The position numbers were made by a program, and so were the translations under genes. A DNA stretch of 64,000 bases from positions 955,378 through 1,019,377 of the forward strand of contig RHPI01002069.1 in the NCBI GenBank assembly GCA_009103225.1, written 5' to 3'. Position 1 is the first letter of the stretch. Each line of letters opens with the position of its first letter. Under the pieces are notes generated by a model. It searched no databases. It was not told where the DNA came from and worked only from the letters and a program-made list of their open reading frames with translations. Below, piece after piece: positions 54,870-64,000 of this stretch. This DNA is from Chlorokybus atmophyticus. Its lineage: Eukaryota; Plantae; Mesostigma and Chlorokybus algae.

Positions 54870-55472
54870 GGCGCCGCTCAGCTCGGAACCACGGCCACCA
54901 GCAGCAAATGCTTGCGCTCAAAACTTCTTCGCAACTCCCGCCGCTGCCAGCAGCTTGCTCACGCTGAACAACCTTCTACTTGACGTCCGCCACCGCCACC
55001 ACTGCAGCCGCCGCCAACAAGATACCAACTATGGCATGCTTGCCACAGATAGACACAGGAATCTTGGAATCCCCGTCTCATCCTTACATTGCATTGATTG
55101 CAGTTAGGGTTTTGTGCCCGTACAGCGAATTATTTTTCAGCTTATTGCAGTAAACACCTTACGTAACAAAACAGTGCTGCGAAGTCAGCACAGCTACTGA
55201 ACCATGTCGCGGTGTCTGTCGGCGGCGGGGACTCTAAGCTGGTCCGCGATGTTGGCGAGCATGCTTGTCATGGGAGTTGTTCTCTTCGGGCACGGCACTG
55301 TTCGTCCAGGACCGGGGCTCTGGCCGTGTTGGTGAGAAGCAGTAGGCAAATTGGTGAAGTGGTCAAGCAGAATTGTGACTGGTTTTAAAACATCAGAAGC
55401 AGCAGCAGCAGCAGCATGCGACGGGTTTACGGGGCGAATGCGTGTGTGCGCTTGCATGGCTGGTAAGCCAAC

Positions 55473-58400
55473 ATGCTGGTCGCTTTCATCCTGGACACCA
55501 GCGCTTCCATGAACCAGCGAGTCGCCGGTGGCTTGACGGCACTCGACTGCGCAAAGAGTGCAATTGAGCACTTTCTCAAGGTGAATTCTTTTGTACAGCC
55601 ATTTTGGTGTTTCCATTGATTGCGTCACTTTGCAATGGGGAACTGCAGCGCATGGCAGTGCTATCCCCTTCACTCTCGCCTGAGCAATGTCACGGTCTTC
55701 TCAGGTTCGCAGCAGAGACGCAGCAAGTCGCAATGATCGTTATGTGCTAGTCACTTGCGAGGATGGCCCTGGCGCCATCAAGGTATGCATACGAATGGCT
55801 AAAACAAGCCAGACATGCAATGCTCATGCTCGCGTTCAACACAGGCATTCGATAAGTGGCCATTTGCTCGATTCACCAAGGAGGTGAAGGCGGCATTGGC
55901 AAGGGACATGTCATTGTTGGGCCCTGCGCTGAAACGGGCATTTGATTTGCTTAACCTGTTGCGGCTGGTTTCTGGAATTGAGACGTACGGTGTTGGCCGC
56001 AACCCTTGCACCAATGAGCCCGCTGTACTGCTGCTGCTTACAGATGGTACAGAGCTAACAGCAACGGTAGGCATCATCATCAGAAAGCCCCCNNNNNNNN
56101 NNNNNNNNNNNNNNNNNNNNNNNNNNNNNNNNNNNNNNNNNNNNNNNNNNNNNNNNNNNNNNNNNNNNNNNNNNNNNNNNNNNNNNNNNNNNNNNNNNNN
56201 NNNNNNNNNNNNNNNNNNNNNNNNNNNNNNNNNNNNNNNNNNNNNNNCTCCGCGCTCGGGGTGCATGCCTGCGCGCATCTTGCCCTCGTGTCATGTGACT
56301 AGCCTCGACCGTGCGCACATGGTGGTCTGTGACTTGTCCTGGGGGTCGTGCCCAAGCTTACCTCCCAAGGTTGCATGTAATGCCACCTTCAAGCTCACTA
56401 ACTGCCAGTGCTGGTGCACTGCAGGGTGGTGTAACGGAGGGATTGTCGCTGCCAATGGCACCATTGCCTGGTGGCGATTTGACGGTGCAGCCTTTCAGAT
56501 GGGATCAGCGGCTTCTCACGCTAATCTTGAGGTGAGGTTTGCAAGGTATCGCCGGTTGTTCTGCCTGCTGCAATGCCTCACGTAGGCCTAAAGTAGGTGT
56601 GCCAGTTGGTCGCGGACCGTGCCCATTGAGTAAGCATGAACTGTCATTTTGTAGCAGCATGCATAGCTAGTTCTTGGTGGTCGCTGATGCTTGTTATTTG
56701 TGTGCCCGATTGCGTATCTTGCTCAGAGTGCTGGACAGACACCTTAGTGTGACTGTGTTATGTGCAGGATGGGTGTCATTGGAGCCAGTGCTGAGCGCCC
56801 AATCACTGTCGCTGGTAACATAGCAGGAGGCCTTGGGGTGTACCCTGTAGCAGACAGCGGGCTCTCAGCCATGTGTGAAGTCACAGGGTGAGCAACCGGA
56901 TGTGCTGCATGGTTGGTGCCATAGCAATACCAGGCATATTGGCTTGTCAAAGGCACTTAACAGCCACACGAAGTTTGCAAGAGTGAACTTGTCCACGTCA
57001 GCTGCCATGGTGATCGTTATGGCCCGCAGGGGAAAATGCATGGCGGTGAACAACCTGAAGCACCTGTTGCAGTCGGTAGAAGGGATTGCCACTAGGTTGC
57101 AGCCTTGTGTAGTTGTCAACTTTGAGCGTTTGCCAGCACCCGCTGGAGCTACCCCTAGTGCTGCAGCGCTGGCTGGCTTAAGCAACAGCTCAAATGCGAA
57201 TGCTCTACCACCACAGGTGAACAGCCGTTTCAACAATTATTGTACTCCCGGATCTCACCACAAGTTGTCATAAAAATATTGCCTGCTTGCCAGGTGGTAG
57301 CTGCATGCCAGCATAAGCTGCTGTTTGCACGCTCTGGAACCACAGCTGGCTTCTGGCCAATACCGGAAGCGTATTGGCCAGACCAGACCATGCAGTCTCT
57401 CCCACCACGAGATGCACAGCCAACGCTTGGTTACACTGCTGTTGACAGTGACCCATTCATACCTCCAAACTTTCCTTTTGATAAATATGAAGTGGAGTCA
57501 AGTCCTCTCCTTGGTTTCTTGCTGTCTGCCAAGCAGGGTACTTGCTGGCAACTATTCATCGCCAACAGCAAAGGGGATGGCCAGCCTGGTGATCCATTTG
57601 GGTTTATTCGCCTGAATCGTGCCGGCAATGCCGTGAATCTTTACGTGTTGCCTTATAACTATCCAGTAAGTGTTCAACAGCTTGTGGCGGCGGATTGCAG
57701 GAGCCTTTGCACACCTGTTACCTGTAGGTGCTATGGAGTTTGTTAGAGCAGCTCGCAACCCTTCCAGCGCCTTCCAAAGTCGCTCCACCTGCTGCGTGGA
57801 GATCAGACTTAGAGCGCTACTGCAGGTGCGTGCATGGTAATTGTTCCTGAGAAAGGCCAGTCCACGCAGACGTCCTGATACTTCAACTTGCATGCAATGC
57901 CAGTTAAGTTTCTTTTCCCTGACACCTGCAGCGGCATTCCACCCTACTACTGCAATCTGCTTCGCATAGCAATGAAGCGAGTTGGTGTGCCGCCCCACAT
58001 GGTGCCCGACAGCAGAGCTCCCGTGTCGCATGCCGTTGCTGCACACCTGGAGAGAGCGCGTGGACTGGTACGCTACTGGCAACTATGTACATGGGTAGTC
58101 GAAATTGAGTGATAAGTTTGTATGTGCAGGCAAAAGTTGAGCTAGACAGGGTGCACAGCATGCTTGAGGGGACTGCTCCGCCTGCGCCTTCCTCACAGCC
58201 ATTGCCTGTGAAGCCATCCCCACAGCAAGATGCTGCACCAGTAGAACGACCTGCGACTCCTCGCCCTTGGCAAATGCAAAGCACCACAGGTTCGCAACGC
58301 TGGTCAGTCGCTCATTGGCTGCCCCTCTGCCTTTCGTGCTAAAGCGTAGATGTATGACACAACTTTGCAGAAGCTGGAGTCAACAGGCCTGGCAGTGCTA

Positions 58401-59878
58401 CCAACAGAGCTGAAATTCTGGGATCCGCCCACCCAAACGCTGCCTCTGTTAGTCAGCCGGCCATCGCATCTGTTGCAGATGCCTTCGAAATACCGCGCAG
58501 CCGGCTCTTGCGCTCTGTTGAACTGTATGAAAAACGCTTGCAGGCTACCACTGCGGCCAGTGGTAGCCTTGTCTCGTCTTTGCAGAGTCGCGTGTCAGCA
58601 AGGCTTCTTGCGGAGATTGAGGATGACGCTCGACGCTGTGTGCCAATTGCACAGATGGGTGACTATCATGAGGTAACCATAATTGAAATTGTGATGCACA
58701 AATGAGTGTATTGTGCGCGGTTCATCGTATATGCTGGTGGTTGCTACATCTTGACCGCTGCCATGCTACAGGCACTCTTAAAACGACAGATGCCTCGAGA
58801 CCCATTCATGGATGAAGATGAGAGGGGCTGGATGAAACCAATGTTTGGCAATCCTTATAAGCTAGATAAACCTCAGAATCAAGTTCCAGTCATGGCTGTG
58901 GATGAGGCTGGTGATGCAGCAGATGAGGGCCTCAACAATGTTGGGCATCTTTCTCCACGCAATCGAGGGTTGCATATGTCCAAGAGGCGGCGCATGTCCG
59001 AATCGCAGAAAGCACTACCACATGCTGGCACGCCAGGTTGATGCGGTTGTAACTTTTTATGCATGCTGTAAGTTGCAATGTTATTGCTGATTGCACCATG
59101 TTGTATCAGAGTCAGCACCACCTGCAGCCACCCGAGACGGCAAGGTGGCAGGTCCTTCAGCCATGGATGCTGGTTCCAAAGCTGGCAAGACCTTGGACAA
59201 TGCGGATGCTCATCCACAGCCTATGGTCTTTGGATTAGATAACCACGCGTCGTTGACAAAAGGTATTCATGTGTTGATACTTGACGCCGGTTATGCCGTT
59301 TGTTAAAGGCTTCCGCCATCCTGTGGCATGCAACGCCACGCAGGTTGCATTGACGGTTGGATGCACAACTGTTCGTCAAAGCTGTTGACTGTGCTTGTGT
59401 TGTGGTTTGTTATCGTGCTGGGCAGATGTATACAGACAGAGCATATCAGAGCGAGGCGCAGGGCAGTTGCTTGAAATTCTCAGAGCTATCCGAAGGCATG
59501 GCACTGACTACAATATGGTGAGCGTCATACAGCTGTGATTGCCACTAGAAGTAAGTCACAGATCCTGACCTCATGCACAACATCGTAAGCAATCACTCAA
59601 CCATTGAAACTCAGCTGCGGTTGCTGCCGATATCATCAACTGGTTTTGCGCAGGTGTTCAAACTTCTTGCTGCTCCAGGCCTTCCAACAGAGAAACCTAG
59701 GTTTGTGCAAGCCCTTATCCTCCAGGTATGGGTAAAGCCAGTACTGCTCACTGCTGGTGCTGTCGACATGCGATGGCAGGCAACCCACATTTGCTGTTTT
59801 CTATGGCTGCAGGCTAAACGACACAATAAACCAGCCTTGGCAGAAAGACTTGCTGAGTACTTGGCGGCACCAAGCTAG
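55473..59878 (+). CDS. INTS6: Integrator complex subunit 6 (INTS6/DDX26B-like); an assembly gap lies inside an intron
   Basis: vWA start MLVAFILDTSASMNQR..LDCAKSAIEHFLK, IETYGVGRNP..LLLTDG, FRWDQRL, GFWPIPEAYWPD..LPPRDAQP, GFIRLN..VNLYVLPYNYP, PIAQMGDYHE..MFGNPYKLDK, and the C-terminal helical domain (IRRHGTDYNM..AKRHNKPALAERL). Confidence 0.93.
56093..56247. other. Assembly gap (run of N)
   Basis: Directly visible. Confidence 0.99.
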
Positions 59879-62771
59879 CTATATATTGAAGCCGTAACCC
59901 TTGCCTATAGCATGTGTATATAGCACCCAGTATCAGTGTTGCAGGATTGTGTGCATAAAGACAATTACATTACCGCGCAGTTCAATTGCAGACAATTGTT
60001 GTCCATGGTGGCAGTTGCAGTGTGTCATGTGTCAGTGTCTTATGTGGTACATGATTGTGCAGTTCTGAACATGCGTTTATTCTCAAATGACATACCTTCC
60101 AGTTTCACTTGAGGCTAGTGAAAACACGTGCACAGTGCAGTTCTGTGCAAACGCTTTCTATATCTGTCTACCTAAGAATGTTGCGTCAAGTCAATGATGA
60201 TGCTTCAAGCCATTACTTGGCGATTTCAGACCAATAAAAGTTTGGCGGCATGACGCAGGTTGAAAGTTGGTGGCAATAAGACTTTCATCTACGTGATTAC
60301 CCTTGACTTATACAATTGGTTGCAGGCCGCAATAACTAAAAACCTATCATCGAATCTCAACCAACAAGATTTTATAATGTACACATTTTGTACTTTATTA
60401 AAATCAACAAGTCTTGAGTGTACAAAATACCGAACGGCGAAGTTCATGGCTAATGTGTAGTGTCAGCGCTATGCAATGAAGTTACATTCAATGCTGTGCA
60501 AATACACACCAAACCACGGCATAGTCAATTGCTATGTACAACTTTATATGTATCTAATTCATATGATGGTACTTGTTACAATTCGTACTACTAGTTTTTA
60601 TTGGACCCCAATACCAAATACAATATTCATACAACCGGTTTTCAGCATTCATTCGATTGATTCGCTTAAACTACCACACTACCTACCTATCTGCAAACCA
60701 TGTAAGTAAAACTATCATGTTGCAAATTGTCCTTACAAGATAGGATTGTAAAATTGTTATGATAGGATTGTACACGCAAAGCTTGTTATATTTTGGGGAA
60801 CAACGCCCCAAGCCGCGTGCAATTTTCCTCTAGCCCCTCGCTGCTCATGCTAGCACTTGTGCAGCAATATCTATATAGTGAATAAGCAATAAGCATAGGG
60901 AGCGCGCTGCGCAATAGCAGCACTGGCAACCTTGCTGACAGCGATTGAGTTGGTGCTGCTACATACGCTTGATTTTTAATTAGTTGCTCTCTTTGTTTTT
61001 GTTGAACTTTTGGTTGCTTGTTGCATGTTCTATCATGTGGCCCCTTTCTTAAAAGCTATGCTTCTTACCCTCGCATGGTTTTGTTTGCATGAATCTGGGA
61101 TTGATATAAGTTAAGTACTTTTTGATGTGATTTATAGCTGCAGTGTTGTGTCTACGTTTGCTTGTTAAACTTTTGAGATTGGGATTATGTCAAGCAATCT
61201 GTGAGTGCTTTGCATATGAGGTTGCATGTGCACAGCTGTGCCCCTTTCCCCTCCCCTCTTTAGTATACATACACTCATAGATGGTACGGTGTATGCATGA
61301 AATGCTATACACATGCATACTATCTTAAGTGTGCATAACAAGTATGGTGACCCGTATTTACTCTGCTTTGCTACAGGTAAAGGCCGCTGCTGTCATCGGC
61401 CTGCTTGACTCGACCCACGCATTTGCAACACGTAACGTGTAGGCTAGCGGTTTGATGTTGCTGTAGTGAAGCGTTTTGTGATGTGGGCGTTATTGTGAGC
61501 TTGGTCCACACAGTGTTCGAGTGTTATCATGTATTCTTCTAACTTATGGTTGGTTCCATTTTAAGGTTTGTGATGCCGTGCATGCTTACAAGAATGATTC
61601 TCACGCTGTCGCTTTGCACGTCGGAAGTCCTCATGGGTGGCGTCGCGTATCACAACCATACGTGGCAAGCTATGCGTAGCTGTCATCCTACCTGCTGTAG
61701 GCCGCGAGTCACACAGACTGTGTTAATAGATTTTTTTCCTAAACCGTATTGTAAAGGCTCAACAGTCGGGCGGCCCGAGCACCTTTCCCTAACTCATTTG
61801 TCTCTGCAAAGCCGTATTGCGGCGTGTCGATGTCGACGGGGAGCGAATTGACTCCTTGTGTCGATGTCGTCTCCTGTAGGCTGTCGGGATGTGTCGATGG
61901 CGACGCGGGCACTTGCGACATATTTGGTCCGTTCTCGTTGACGTCGACACGAGTCCCTAGCTTACCCGTTTGAGCGGGATGGGGCGCTTTATGAAATAAA
62001 ATGCGCAACGACCGTACCACCGCGGCCTCAAGATGGATGTTTGCAGGCAAGAAATGGCGCCGGCGGGAAAATGCCTGCGGAAATGTAAGGCAAACCTGAA
62101 CATGGGCTCCCACAGCACATCGACGTATGTCGACATAAATAGTCTTTGTAAAACTTACCCGCGCTTGTCCGCATCGACGTGAGACGGCAAGTCAGCCCAC
62201 GCCGTCATTGACACACCGAGACTGATCACGCTCCGTCACCATCGACACGCGCGTCAAAACATAGACATTGTTGAGTTGATACTTCCCCCACGGGCCGCCT
62301 GACTGTCAAGACTGAAGGCGAAGGTGTTGTCAATCAGGAACCACTTTACTTTGTTTTGGCCAAACTATTGGCGCGACACAGCGCCTCATCGAACAGGTTT
62401 TTCTCCCCTCTCTTTTGGCGGGAGCGCAGTTTTGTGTTGATTGCTGCTTTCCCGCGGAAAAGCAGCGGCTTCAGTCCGAGAGTTTCGGCTGTGCGATCGC
62501 CTGCCCTGCAGCGAACTTCGGCTTCGTGTGGCGGCACAATCGCCTGCAGCCTGTGAAATGGTGGATGGAGCAACAGCAGAGCAATAGGGTGGGCGTCGGT
62601 GTCGCTGTGCTTGTCGCTGTGCTTGTCGGGGGCGGCGACCGCGGGTTGCCAGAGTCGGTGCGGTGCACGGTGGTGGCAGTGTCTATCGTGCGTGTGATTT
62701 GTGTGAGTAAGTTTTCAGCTTGATCAGCTGGGGGACCAGCTCAGGGCTTTTGCCTGGATAGGCGCCAGCAC

Positions 62772-64000
62772 ATGGCTGTAGAGGTGGCCGGCGGTAGGGG
62801 CGGCTGCGAGTTGGCATTGGAGGCGGGGGACGGCGGCAAGAACGAGTCATCTGCTTCAGTTGATATGGTATGCGTCATGGGCACAGCTTGCATGGTGGTA
62901 CTTGTTCAAGACTTGTTTGAAACGACCATGAGCTGGCATGAAGAGCATGTTATGTGCATGTCTACATGCCGGCATACACATAACATGCTCTTCATGCCGG
63001 CTAGCAATGCCGGTATACAATGCACGCAGCAGCGCAGCCCCAGTAGTTGATGCATTAGCAGTGTTGTTGCTATGGAATGCTGAATGATGTGCATCAGCTT
63101 GGTTGCTATTTGCAAGCAGGTTCAGACGTTTGTTGCTCTACCGTCGCCTGAGCAGACAATGCAGCAGCACTGTAGTACTTCTTGGTCAGCGCACAAAGTC
63201 TTGCTTCATTTTGTTAGCTGCGGGTGTGTCGCCTTCATTTGCTAATCTCCTGTCGCTTGCAGGGCAAACGACACCAGTTGGATGTTGACGAAGCTCCATC
63301 ATCACAAATGACTGGTAATGCGCGTCTGTGCTTGCTCTTTTGTTTGCCGAGTTGTGCTGGTCAGTATGCTGCGTTGATAGCCATACTCGATTATTGGGCA
63401 AGCTGATTGTGGCAATGTGGCACAGAGGATGTCACGCGGACAGCAGCAGCAAGCAACAACTGGCTGCGGCGCAGCACCACCAGCACGAATGATGGCAGCG
63501 AGTGTCCTAGCCCTGTGCATGTACGCAGCAGATACTGGTCATGTTGTATCGACATACTTGAGTGCCTTGCATTCAGCCGTCTTGCCATGTTCCGTGCAGA
63601 ATGGCACCATGCCCGCATTATGGCCTGGCCAGATGGCCGATGACCTCGCACGCCTCAGGCACGACCTCAGCCCCATGGTCGCCGCCGCATATGTCCTTGG
63701 TGATGAGCAGGATGGCGCTGCCATCAATGCAGTTATTACAAAACTGGAAGAGCTTCAGGTAAGCTAGTGGAATCTTTGGCCTCTCACTCAATGTGCACAT
63801 GTTGAACACGACCTGTTGACCTTGCTCTATATAGAGCCAGTCCAGGATGCAAGGTGCCGCCATTGCAGGAGTTTTAGAAAAGATGACCGCTCGTTTGAGG
63901 GATCAGGTACTGCGTGCTACATCCTGCAGAAGGCCTACGTTTGCGATGTTTGCTAGTCTCTGATGGCAATGTGCTGGAGAACAACTTACCACATAATGTT
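62772..64000 (+). CDS. 5' part of an unknown gene running out of the window
   Basis: Exon-like blocks with GT-AG borders: MAVEVAGG..SVDM|, GKRHQLDVDEAPSSQMT|, MADDLARLRHDLSPMVAAAYVLGDEQDGAAINAVITKLEELQ|, SQSRMQGAAIAGVLEKMTARLRDQ|. No family recognised. Confidence 0.45.

Overview
Eukaryotic, intron-rich nuclear DNA from the green lineage. This rests on plastid-targeted SQD1, Lilium-type thioredoxin and LarB, on AAACCCTA telo-boxes, and on host genes ending in TAG/TAA/TGA (standard code). A green or streptophyte alga is likely but the species cannot be determined here. About 15 multi-exon host genes can be reconstructed by eye, mostly as head-to-head pairs: two paralogous TBL/PC-esterase-like genes, CIA1, LarB, an alpha/beta hydrolase, an F-box protein, TSR2, a thioredoxin, Maf, SEC14, a Borealin-like protein, a MYND-CS protein, a Ser/Pro-rich unknown, HOP2, SQD1, INTS6, and a partial gene at the right edge. 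A full-length but decayed Ty3/gypsy chromovirus lies at 25841-32727 with two ~525-bp LTRs and a TCAAC target-site duplication. The most striking signal is an extra ~110-aa domain between its Gag and protease that resembles a degenerate DNA N6-adenine methyltransferase (NVPF in place of NPPF/Y). Other highlights are a plastid-targeted nickel-pincer cofactor enzyme (LarB), an animal-like Borealin, and a conserved 24-nt microexon carrying the catalytic His of both TBL paralogues. Exon boundaries were inferred manually, so CDS coordinates span first to last coding base including introns. All family assignments are from motif recall, not database searches.
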